The notes under the pieces are model-generated. The model made no database searches. It was not told where the DNA came from and saw only the letters and a list, made by a program, of their open reading frames with translations. Both the position numbers and the translations under genes were made by a program. Positions 26,126-36,848 of a stretch of DNA of 64,000 bases are shown one piece after another. The stretch's first letter is position 1, and every line of letters begins with the position of its first letter. The DNA is from Podarcis liolepis (taxonomy: Eukaryota). The stretch lies in the NCBI GenBank assembly GCA_965112155.1, contig OZ218103.1; one strand, written 5' to 3'.

Positions 26126-26668
26126 CTTCCAACTACACTGCTTCACTGTAGCTTGCTCTTACAACAATTCACTTGTCCCAATATGCAAGGAGGAGAAACA
26201 CACACACACAGTGGAAATGGAAGAGGTATTAGCTATGGACTATAGTTAATTATAGGTATTAACTAATTAACTATAGCAGAGCTTTTCAAACTGATTTTTC
26301 AGTTCCATTTGGGTGGCTGATGGAGAGGCTGAAACAGAGTCAAATATACTCAGCCCTGCACTAACTTTCCTCGATGAGATGATGGAGGGCTGCGAGTGAG
26401 TCAGTTATCTCGATGGAGATGTCAGTCGCCAACCAGGGGCCCAGAAACCTCCATGTAGTCGCAATTGGACCTGAGCCAGTACCGAGATGCGCTTGGCACC
26501 TGGGGGATTTCGAACCCTGAGCGGAAGCCCTCTGCTCCCCCACATACCCCAAAAGAGACTCTGGGTATCTGGGTCAGGAGATATCCCCCCCCCGAGCAGT
26601 GTGCGGGGGAAGGGAGGGGTAATGCTTGTGCAGATGGAACGCTCATTATTCTGAAATTCCGCCCATAA

Positions 26669-26787
26669 GGTTGGAGCCTATGCTAGACTACTCAGAGTAG
26701 ACTTATTGAATTCAATGGACATGGCTAACTCAGGTTGATTCATTTCAACGAGTCTACTCAGAGTAAGCCTAAGCAGGGGATACAACC
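26669..26787. mobile_element. Old palindromic MITE (CTACTCAGAGTAG family)
   Basis: Inverted arms CTACTCAGAGTAGACTTATTGAA / TTCAACGAGTCTACTCAGAGTAAG; ends GGTTG...CAACC. Confidence 0.65.
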
Positions 26788-27139
26788 GAAAACAAGCATG
26801 CTGTCAAGATGATTTTTCTCTGAATGGTGCCCACGATGCAATTTGCTTGCTTCTACGCTGCCATGTCTGATTTGTGAATACAATCAAAATGAAGTCAGAC
26901 CTGCCCAAACCCTATTGAAATCAATGAGGCTTAAGCACATAGGTAAATGTTCAAATCCTCTTAATCTGCTATTTTAAAATAAAACTAATCACGCACTTAA
27001 ACCCCTCGCCCCAACCACCCCACTCATATCTCCCACAGCCTGAGTCTGTCTGCCAAGGTGTGACATTATGCTGGGAACTATGAAGGAAGCTTGGGCACAT
27101 CGAAGCGTTCCTAGTGGTGCAGCAATGAAACTGCTAGCA

Positions 27140-27238
27140 CATTTGCAAAGCTAAGCAGGGTCCTGTATTGCTTCAAATTGGATGGGGGACTGTGTGTTTA
27201 GATTCCTAGATCCAACTCTACAATTCTATGATTCTATG
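27140..27238 (+). mobile_element. 5S rRNA-like segment followed by CR1-type tail
   Basis: AAGCTAAGCAGGGTC...TTGGATGGGGGACTG resembles the 5S internal control region (GAAGCTAAGCAGGGTCGGGCCTGGTTAGTACTTGGATGGGAGACCG). Followed by TCCAACTCTACAATTCTATGATTCTATG. Confidence 0.5.
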
Positions 27239-27964
27239 CACACATCTCTGGCATGTGCATTGAGTCAGAACTCAAGAGTTGCAGCTAGGGCTTCACATAA
27301 AGAGCAGTTCAAAAGAGCTAGAAAAACTAGAGTCTGTATACTGGAGAATGAATGTTCCTAGAAACCCAAAAGTGCGCTCTCTCTCACACACACGTATACA
27401 CACACACACACACACAAACATAAATACTAAACTATTATCAATATAAGCATCAAGCCAGTACCTTGTGGCCTGCATGCAAATACACCTTATACTTGTAACT
27501 TTGGCACATTTTTGTTAGTTTCATTACCTGTCCTAACTGCAACATGCAGGCAACACACCAACGCAGTATGAGTGAGGATAAACAGAAAAACAGCACTCTA
27601 AAAACTACTAAAGAAAAGCCAGCTCACAGCACACAACGGTATAAAGGGAAGTGCAAAGTCTCAGAAAACTGTCATCAGAACAGGGAGGCTGCTTACATAT
27701 TCTTATCTTGCCCAATCTGCTGTCAAATGGCAGAACAGTTATATGACAGAAACAAAATGAGGTCAACATACCAAAGTCTCATTAAAAAGGGCAAATTAAG
27801 GCCAATGAGGTCCTCTGGTATCTAGCAATCTGCTTGCCTGTAATTGTTAAGATTAGCCTCCATAGACTCCCTTAGACTCCCCAGAACCCCCGTTTATGGT
27901 TCCAAGACATAACAAGTTTCTGGCTTTCAAGGTTGCAGAGAGCGAAAGTTAACACACACTGATA

Positions 27965-28077
27965 CAGTGGTACCTCAGGTTACATACGCTTCAGGTTACA
28001 GACTCCGCTAACCCAGAAATAGTGCTTCAGGTTAAGAACTTTGCTTCAGGATAAGAACAGAAATCCTGCTTCAGCAG
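27965..28077. mobile_element. Tigger/pogo-like MITE, one-ended fragment
   Basis: TA|CAGTGGTACCTCAGGTTACATACGCTTCAGG ... GAACAGAAATC. Confidence 0.85.
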
Positions 28078-28086
28078 TAAGTAAAA

Positions 28087-28217
28087 CATACAATCATAGA
28101 GTTGGAAGGGACCGCAAGGGTCATCTAGTCCAACCCAATGCAGGAAACTTGCCCAACATGGGACTTGAACCTACCACTGAGATTAAGAGTCTCATGCTCT
28201 TCCAACTGAGTTATTCC
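28087..28217 (-). mobile_element. SINE with tRNA-Lys(CTT)-like head and CR1-type tail
   Basis: Minus strand TAACTCAGTTGGAAGAGCATGAGACTCTTAATCTCAG..GGTTCAAGTCCCATGTTGGGC, then GGGTTGGACTAGATGACCCTTGCGGTCCCTTCCAACTCTATGATT. Confidence 0.85.
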
Positions 28218-29226
28218 ACATGTCAAGAAGTGTGTTCCCATGTAAGAGAAAGCAAGACACAGCTTCCAGAATTAAGCTTATGAAACCGACCTTTCAACAG
28301 AAGCACCATTTTTCTTATACCATTCACACTTTTATTTTCCTTATCTTTCTGTGTTTAATGTAAACTGCTTAGGGACTTTGCATATTAAGCAGTATATAAA
28401 TATGATGAAGCAAAATGGTGAACTCCCTTTTTAAAAAAAGTCTGGTGTTTTTCAGTGATTATAGCTTGGTTCGTACGTAACTGAATCTAGAGCCTCAGAC
28501 TCATGTCCTCCCTCTGCCCTCTCTCATGTGCTTCAACTCCCCACCCCCCAAAAGTCTCTCTTGTTCACAACACACTACAATTTACTGTTAAATCCCAAAC
28601 AGGCAAAACTATGGCTTGCTGGGAACCTGCAAATTCACAAGGAATCAGCATGTGCAAATATCAGAGGCAGAAGGAAGTTCATTAGCCTGAGGCTTGGTCT
28701 CAATGGCCAAACTCTGGCCATCCAGGCTGGCTCTCAGTGCTCTCTGATCACGTGCACATTTTTCAAAACATGTAGAACACCACAGAGTCACCTCGCTTGT
28801 TCTCTTTAGAAATACTCTGTCAATGTTATTGCTAGTAACAGTAGTGAGCATGATAAATATCACCTTTTCCCAGATGACAACTGCGGTTAAATGCTGTCCA
28901 AGCTGCAATATTTCTGGAGCAGAAGAACAACCTTAGGCCCAGGTTGTGCTCAACTGATGAGAAAAGCATGAATTTATTGTGCAACTTCTTAAAAGTGCCA
29001 GCTGTGTGGAAAAGCCCTTCAGATTCAGTGGCTGTAAAGAGATGGGAACTGTGCACCCATCACAGCACCCTGACAGAAGGACCAGGTTCCTGTTTTTCAC
29101 CCCTTGGTGCCTGACTCTGGATTTATCATATATTTATGTTCCCTAAACTGGGCTCCTTGTTCCAGACCCTGATAGAAATAAAGAAGTTATGTATCATTAT
29201 TGAGGAACGCCAGTTTTCCCTTAATG

Positions 29227-29428
29227 GGTTTTATACAGTGTAGTTCTGCACAAATGATCCTTCAGCAAAGGGATTTCTGCTTGCACCACGGGACACCCCC
29301 CCCCCCGTACAACCCCTAAATCTGTTCTAGGATGTGGATTGGGTGGGGGTATGTGTGGGGCGTGAGGGGTCGAAGCTGCATAAGCAGAAATCCTTGCACT
29401 GATGGAACATGTTAGTTGAATACTGCCC
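29227..29428. mobile_element. Old palindromic non-autonomous DNA element
   Basis: Inverted arms GGATTTCTGCTTGCA / TGCATAAGCAGAAATCC; terminus TTAGTTGAATACTGCCC. Confidence 0.6.
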
Positions 29429-29469
29429 TAAATTACCAATAACAAATTTAAATAAAGTGCTAAATCAGA

Positions 29470-29690
29470 TTTATATTTATTCATTACATTTTAATCCCAC
29501 CTTTTCCTCCAAAAAGGTTAGGACTGTAGATATGATTCTCTTCTCCCTTGTATGTTCACAACAGCACCGAGAGAGGTTGGTTAGGCTGACAGATGGTGAC
29601 TGGCCTAAGATCACGTAGTGAGCTTCAGAGGAGAATAGAAATTTGAACCTAGTCTACCAGTTCTTCATCCAGCCCCTCCAATCCCTTCAT
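29470..29690 (-). mobile_element. Old MIR/CORE-like SINE with L2-type tail
   Basis: TCACAACAGCACC..GAGGTTGGTTAGGCTGACAGATGGTGACTGGCCTAAGATCAC..AGTGAGCTTC..ATTTGAACC pattern (reverse B box). Confidence 0.6.
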
Positions 29691-30736
29691 CACACTTCAA
29701 GATGTCAAAGCAAGTTACACTGGAGGAGCTTGCATTATTAAATATAATTTAGAAACAAATAGCAGCATGCAAATGAACAAAGGAATCGTTTAAAAGAATG
29801 GTTCTGTTCATTTAAAAAATGAGCCAGGAGCATTTCTGTATAGTGACACAGAGCAAGGCGGTGTGGTCGCTCTCGCTCTCTCCTGACAGACAAAGAAACC
29901 CAGGATCAACCCTGAAGGAATAACCACCCAGCAAATGGGCTGGCCGATTCAGGATACACACCCAATGGCTACGCCAAAGCCTACTGACGTCTGTAATCAT
30001 TGTGGCCATTTTGATCCCGTGCTTGGGTCTTGTCATCATTTCTTCTTCCCAGACCCATCCCCAAAGGCCTGGGAATGCTGTGCCTGGTTCCTCAGAGTAT
30101 TATCCCCCCCCCCCCGTGGCACCTGTGGTCAGTTAACAAGAACTTCAAACCACTGGCACCTAGTAGGGAAGTTCTGTGTAATTGGAGGTGACAGCTTTTA
30201 CCCATCTTCCTAGACAACGTTCCTAAAATTAGCAACCGAAAAGGGTCCTGTCAGTAGCTGCGACCACTCAACACAAATGTACGAAGGCTTACAATTAGCC
30301 TTTGACTGGTTACATTGGGAGAGTAAAAGAACAACACCTGGCATCAGGTGAGCTTTCTGTGCAACAGAAAAGTGGTCAATCATTCTACTCGCCTCACCTC
30401 AAAAAAGCTGCAAATGCAAGTCTGTTTAAAATTACCTATGTTAGCTGACGGTTTTATAGCCATACTTCTACTGACAGCTTACAAAGTACACCCCATACAA
30501 CAGCAAGCCTTTGCTTTGAGCTTGACACTGTGGACACCGTATACCAGAGAACCTCTCACCTGAACCCTCGTTACCACTTCTCCTGTTATCTACATTATGA
30601 GCATGTACCACATCCATGCCTACAGTAATTGATCTTTTTTTATAAACAGAGCCCCAATAGGCATTTGTTTAGATTCTGTGCCGTTTTTGGCAACTGTGTT
30701 TGCTGAATGAGTTTTTACACCAAGATACATATTCAC

Positions 30737-30891
30737 CCTTTCAACATCGTTTGCCACTGCTGCCCCCATTTTCCTGCAGAGAGATAATCCATTTGACATT
30801 GTGAGCAGGAGGACCTCCTCCTTGTCTGCATCTTCCTCTTGATGGGCATACCCAAGGCCAAGCCTCTAGTAACACATTTTAATTTCCGCAT
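30737..30891 (-). other. Candidate internal exon (155 nt) of an unidentified minus-strand gene; possible start exon MSNGLSLCRKMGAAVANDVER (ATG at 30799)
   Basis: Polypyrimidine tract TGTGCTTTTTCCTCTCTCCTCAATTGAAG| acceptor, purine-rich body, donor AGG|GTGAAT. Two reading frames are open up to the donor. Confidence 0.5.
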
Positions 30892-32552
30892 CTTCAATTG
30901 AGGAGAGAGGAAAAAGCACAATCCCTTGGGCCTTGCAAATGCCCTTTCACAGTAGGCGTGTTGAGTATCCTGGAGCAGAAGATTAATTCAATTGACAGGA
31001 AAGTTCCTTCCAGTTAAGCATTTTACAGTGTGGGTGATTGGGTGAAGAAACATCACACCAGGATCCAACCATGGATGCAAATACATATACAGTCATTAGT
31101 TTCATGCTACTGCAACATGGTGGTATTAATTTCACTTTAACGTGCAAAGAGGGCCTTTTGTTCTAGTGCCCAAACACTAGGATATTGTTTAGGGATCAAT
31201 TAAAGTCTCTTGCCTTAATGAGATTCCTAGAAAGCCTTCAACCTTGTTTTCTGGATAGTCCTACGTCTAGAACTGCATGGAGAAGCTCTCCTTTAAAGAT
31301 AAGACTACACGAATAAGAGGTAATCTTTTCCTTGACATTAGCCATAGAACAAACTCCTTTTAACCTCTGAACACACGTTACACATAAACACAGGCAAGGC
31401 TATAGGGAAGCCTGCTTGTTAGCAAATGCGAGGGGTTTAAGGTTCAACACCCTACATTAATTCTGTCCTCTTGGATGCCTTCATTACAACAGAAGTGCAA
31501 TTTCTCTGCCTCCCCTGTAGATAGCAATTAAGTGTTTAAAGGGAAAAGATGGCCAGTTGAAAGACAAGGGGAGTCACTTCATCTGCTACTGAAAAGGAAG
31601 GTGGTTTTATCAAAGCAGGAATAACAGTACAGCCTGTATATGTTGACTAAGAATTAATTCGGGCCAAGTTCAATGTGACTTACTCCCGGGTAAATGCGTA
31701 CAGGCTTCCAGCCAAAATCAGTCCTCAGGGAGGTCCATGGTCTGCCAACTCAGGGATGACACTTTTCCGTGTTAACTTTGTTCTGATACATTTGGCCTTT
31801 TATAGGCCAGCTTCCCCTTTGCGAAAAAGGGAAATCATCGTTTTGGCTCAGAAGCTGCCTGCGCTGAAACCATTAAATAATCTGTATGAAAGAGCATGTA
31901 GTGGAAAAACTGTACTACTTTCACTACTACTAAAGACTAGCTCAGATTTACATTCCACATATGTTCACTGCCTCGAGGCTTTATGTAAAAAAAAAAAAAG
32001 CTCTGAAGAAGAACGGTCAATTTTGGATGCATAATTATTTTAGGTATGATTCAGAGGTTTTCAGAAAGCAAAACTGCTCCAGCTCTGTCTGCCGCAATTT
32101 GACTCTCAAGTGTATTAGACCTTATTAGAATGGGTGGTCGGGCAGCTCATGGGATTGGTAATGGGATACTGAGACTTTCACCTCCAGGTCACCCTCTGCT
32201 CGAAATATCGCCCAGCTCCATGATGACTGAGAAGGCTTTACAGTCTGGAAGCTGTTCGGCTGTCGAAAGGAGCTGAGAAGGTACGGACGGGCTTAAACAC
32301 TGCACCCGGCGCCCCTTTGCTGCAGGGAGAATGCCTGTCAGCAAGTCCTTGCACAAACCCTCTCGTTTAAATCTTGAGCAGCACAATTAGAAGAACAATC
32401 TGGCAACCCACAAAGTCGAGGCTGCTGTGCACAGGGCCCTGCACACAACACATGCTCTCTCTAACCAGATAGCACCGAAAAGCAGGTTGCACCCAAACGG
32501 ATGGTGCAGAGCTGCTACTGCTCTTACTCCTCCTGCAGGAGACAAATGGAAA

Positions 32553-32670
32553 AGAGCATGAGACTCTTGATTTCAGGTCAGGGTCAAGCCCCACGTTGGG
32601 CAAAAGATCCCTGCACTGGGGATTGGACTAGCTGACCCTCGTGGTCCCTTCCAACTCTAGAATTCTATGA
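32553..32670 (+). mobile_element. SINE with tRNA-Lys(CTT)-like head and CR1-type tail
   Basis: AGAGCATGAGACTCTTGATTTCAGG..TCAAGCCCCACGTTGGGCAAAAGATCCCTGCA..TTGGACTAGCTGACCCTCGTGGTCCCTTCCAACTCTAGAATTCTATGA. Confidence 0.85.
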
Positions 32671-32920
32671 ATCAAGAAGTCTCTGGTTCAATCACATCTC
32701 CACCATGAACACACCAGGCAAGCTACTTTCTCAGCACCAGTTCCCACGCCTACACCACATACAATATGGAGAATAATTAGGTTTTTTTACCTTGCAAGGT
32801 AAGGTACCTTGCAAGGTACCTTGTAAGGATTACAACTAGATAATGCATGTGAAACATTTTGAACCCATGGGAGTAGTTTGAAATATTTGCATGTGTCCTG
32901 TGAAGAGGCTTTGGACACAT

Positions 32921-32958
<38 letters not shown>

Positions 32959-33233
32959 CTTCAATGAACAAGCAAAATCCTCATTGGTAAATGAGTAAAA
33001 CTGGATGCCTGCTTCAGTTTCGACACTTGATAGAACAACAATCCTATATCCTTTTTCCTGAGGTTTGGACAGGTAGTCTTAATCTGAAACGGCAATTGAT
33101 ACAAAAACATGCAAATAGGCACCAAGTTCAGAAGCAGTAAGCCATGTGATGATGTTAAGATTGTATGGTGACAAATCTCTGCTAGAAGAGAGAATCTATG
33201 TTCTTACTCTTTTATTGCTTCACTTTTGTGGCT

Positions 33234-33237
33234 ATGC

Positions 33238-33270
<33 letters not shown>

Positions 33271-33277
33271 CGCGCAC
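33234..33277. repeat. (TG)n(CG)n tract
   Basis: Directly visible; similar tracts at 36819-36851 and 62978-63016. Confidence 0.9.
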
Positions 33278-34620
33278 CCCTCTCCATCCGTCTTGGCTAA
33301 ACTCCAATAAAGGCGGTTCAAGTTGCACTTAAGCTTCCTTATATATTTTCAATTACACCCTAATTGAAAAAGTGATCTTCATCTTTCTGTTCATGTTTCA
33401 AAAGTGTTGCCATTTGCTCTTCAAAAGCAACTGTCTACTATATCCCAGATACAATTGAATTCCAGTTGACAAAGGTGCTTGAAGATAGTTTCTGATTTAT
33501 TTATTTTTAGAAGAGCTACACGGAGGGTGAATCAAGTACAGTTGAGCACCTGTAATAAGTCCATTGGATAAATTGTTAAAGCAGTAACTTCCTTGGGGTT
33601 CTGCTAGTTCCTATTAAGCAGGTACACCGGTTTGGCTAGCATTATGTCTCGCATGGATTAATACTCCCCTTTCGCAACTGAAACCCGGTGAACTCCTTCA
33701 AGTGTCAAAGGGGCAATACAAAAATGCCTACATGTACTTTGCAGCACAAAGCTGGACCACATCTCATGAGCAAAGTGGCCATTAACTGTATCCGGCCAGA
33801 GCCTGGTGGAGTTTGCTGCCTGCAGGACTGCCAGGCGTCAGCTGCCACTGGGTCAGAAATCAGAATCTCTTCATGGGAGGGAGCATCACGTTAGTCCTTA
33901 TGATTAGCTAAACGGTGTGATCTACCAGCTCATAATAAATCAGAAAGCAATTTTGAACATGCTGCTTTTAACTCTTGGGATATTCAGGCAAGTCTCAATG
34001 CTAAAAACATCAGGCTTTTATTGAAGTATATGGAACTCAAGAGGCTTGTAGTTCACCAGGTTAACTCAGGTTTTGAAGGGGACATGGAAAAAAGACTGTA
34101 AAAAGGTAGCATACAGACAAGACAACCTCAGTGCCTCAGAGTTGCTCTCTGGGTTGCCAAAAATCTAGCCAGCTAGTCTCCATATTAACACCTACCTCTC
34201 AATTCCAGGAGAATAAATTGAAACTCAAATACAGGACAGAACTAAGGGCAATTGAGCACTCGTATAGAACTGGTAGAAAGTTTATTAATCTGAGGTGAGG
34301 GGGGAATTCAGTCACATAAATAGTGTTTATCAATATCCAAGTCCTCCATCATGCGTCTTATGTCTGTGTATTACATATAAATGGGGAAGGAGGGGGGAGT
34401 GTTGCTCCTCTTCATTTTCTGTACTGTCTGTGTTGCAGTGTCATGAGAGCCACAATTCACACAACACATTAACACAGAACTACAGACAAAAACAGCAAGA
34501 AATGCTTCTTCTTTTCCAGCTTCTGTATAACGTGGCTTCTTTACAGTGGAGGCCCTGGTTCTAAATGGAAAGCTATATCCTACTAAACTGGAGTCTCAGA
34601 TTCCACGTGGAGATGGATGA

Positions 34621-34741
34621 TCTCTGTGGCTTAGTGGGTCAATGTGACTGGTTGTTAACCGGAAGGTTGGTGGTTCAAGCCCACCCAGGGATGGCTGTGC
34701 GCAGGATTCCTTGGGGTCCCTTCCAACTGTACAATTCTATG
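34621..34741 (+). mobile_element. SINE with tRNA-Asn(GTT)-like head and CR1-type tail
   Basis: TCTCTGTGGC...GTTGTTAACCGGAAGGTTGGTGGTTCAAGCCCACCCAGGGATG aligns to vertebrate tRNA-Asn. Followed by AGGATTCCT..GGGTCCCTTCCAACTGTACAATTCTATG. Confidence 0.8.
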
Positions 34742-35448
34742 GCTGAGATCATGCCATCTATCTCACAAAATATAGCTTTTTATGGTGGAAATCACAGAAT
34801 GTGGGGGACTATAACCTCACAGGGGAAGAACCTTCCAGGCAATCTTTCGACAGCCACACTCCCAGACTTAATTGTATGGAATAAGTTCCTGCTTTTGGCA
34901 CAATATGCCCATTTTTAATAGGGAAAAGACGAATGTAGCACAACGCCTGTCAGTAGACTGGGTGACAATGGCATGAAGTGTGCTTTCAGGCCCCTTCTGC
35001 TATATCTGTAAGAACCCATCACTTTATATACATGCAGAGAATGCGCATAACCTCAGCTAGCAGACTTTCAGCATTCTTCTGGAGCAACCTCCCAAGTCTG
35101 GTCATCAAAGAGCAAGGCTTTTCATATGCCACAATACTGCTCTGTTAGAGAAGATGAACCGTAGCTTCTACAAAAAGTAATTTGAAGATCCTTATTAAGA
35201 GTCCGCTTCAGGACAACTGCCCATTCACTGCGCTTCATCTTGCCAAGCGTTTGCTGCATTCAGTAATGAAACTATTTCCCATGCGGCAATTCCATACTAA
35301 TGTTGTTCGGGTAGCTCCTCTGGATGTGTGGTTTTCAAAAACTAACAGCGGTCAAAAACTCAGATAAACCCCTTTGTAACACCAGAAGGAGGATCTGAGA
35401 CATGTCTAAGCACAATGCTCCCAAACTTGCCTCTTTCAGGTTCACTTA

Positions 35449-35655
35449 GGGATGCGGGTGGCGCTGTGGGTTAAACCAGAGCCTAGGACTTGCTGATCAG
35501 AAAGTCGGCAGTTCGAATCCCTGCAACGGGGTGAGCTCCCATTGCTCGGTCCCTGCTCCTGCCAACCTACCAGTTCGAAAGCACGTCAAAGTGCCAACCT
35601 TCTGATCAGCAAGTCCTAGGCTCTGTGGTTTAACTCACAGCGCCACCCGCGTCCC
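35449..35655. mobile_element. Fold-back of two inverted Sauria SINE 5' fragments
   Basis: Forward SINE head 35449-35594 is joined to a reverse-strand SINE head 35593-35655; TTA lies on both flanks. Confidence 0.9.
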
Positions 35656-35689
35656 TTATCAGCCACTTGCCTGGGGATGCTTGGATCTG

Positions 35690-36000
35690 GACTGTTTTCA
35701 CACACTAGCAACACATCCTGTAGTATTCTATCCATTATATTTTATCTCCACAATCAAAACGCATTTCAGGAACCAAAAAGTCGTATTTAAAAATATGACC
35801 TTCGAGTAGTCTGGCCCCAAAATGGCATTCCATTTTGGCAACTATAATAGGGAGTCATTTGGTGCCTAGCTGATATATCTGAGTTTCTGCGCAGATTCAG
35901 ATATGACCCCACCCAAAGCAGCACATATTTAGATCTTCTCTGCACTCTCCTATCCCTGCACAGGCCTTAAAATAGGTGAATGTGGTGTGTGAAAAGGGCC
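35690..36000. mobile_element. Possible decayed PIF/Harbinger-type MITE
   Basis: Imperfect TIRs GACTGTTTTCACACAC / GTGTGTGAAAAGGGCC. Confidence 0.4.
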
Positions 36001-36343
36001 TTGAGCAACATCTACCTGCAGTCAATCAAGGTAGGTAGGGCTGGTACATTAAGAACTTAATGGCACCTAGGGCATGATGTGCTAAAACTGTATGCAGCTG
36101 CTTTGATGTCTGGCACACTACTGCATTCTGTTGATTTTATGGTGGTTCATTTCAGTCATTTGGAACCTTATTCCGTGGCGCAAGAAAAAGTCCTGTAGCG
36201 TTCAGATGTGCCAAGTTCATTTTTACTCAATTCTCCCTCAGCTTCCCCAGCAGATAATATCTAACGTCACGATCCTCCCTTGTTTCGGTGACATGCTACC
36301 ATTCATCTTTTCCAATAACCGGGAATAAAACAAATCAACTTAC

Positions 36344-36359
36344 TGTTGTGCTTCTGGTC
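36344..36359 (-). other. Candidate 16-nt microexon
   Basis: Minus strand CTAAT-TTCAGTGTTTGTGTTCTGGCTGTCAG|GACCAGAAGCACAACA|GTAAGT. Confidence 0.25.
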
Positions 36360-36814
36360 CTGACAGCCAGAACACAAACACTGAAATTAGCAAGTACCTA
36401 GAGGGCTATGGATTGCTGTGGCTTAACAATGCTCTACCTTTTCCCCTTTCAGGGACAGAGGTTGCTGGGAAAACAAGCTTGGTGGTCTCAGATGGAGTCC
36501 CAGGAGGGCATTTGTCCTGAATTACTGCCACTCCTGCAAATAGCCAGAGACAAAGCATGTCACCGAGTAGCACTCTGAGCCTGATATGCAACACCTAACT
36601 TCTCACACTGACAGCTCAGCGTTATTTGACCCATCTGAACTGTTACGGCCAGTTAAAAGACACCTGGTAAATAAGCATTACTTAGAACAGAGATATTTAA
36701 AAAGGAGGGCATACAAGATTTAATTTCTTCTCTCCCTGCACACACACCCTGCCACCAAATGCTGTAGTTAATTCTTTTTTCCAGGTAACTTTCACCAGGA
36801 AGAACAGTGATCAC

Positions 36815-36848
<34 letters not shown>

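Noticed and set aside
26361-26552. Endogenous viral fragment (protein-like ...WLATDISIEITDSLAALHHLIEES)
   Set aside because: I recognise no viral motif, and the nucleotide start resembles a hAT terminus. Kept only as a low-interest transposon finding pending blastx.
29760-29815. miR-15/16-like start TAGCAGCA and a short hairpin
   Set aside because: The sequence after the seed does not match the family, and the seed arm is unpaired.
32213-32280. C/D box snoRNA (ATGATGA ... CTGA with CAGCTCC/GGAGCTG stem)
   Set aside because: The stem overlaps the D box instead of flanking it, no rRNA antisense element is recognisable, and it lies opposite to the inferred host strand.
34621-34694. tRNA-Asn gene
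   Set aside because: The D-arm and anticodon stem are degraded, there is no T-run terminator, and a CR1-type tail follows. It is a SINE head, as are the Lys- and Ile-like copies.
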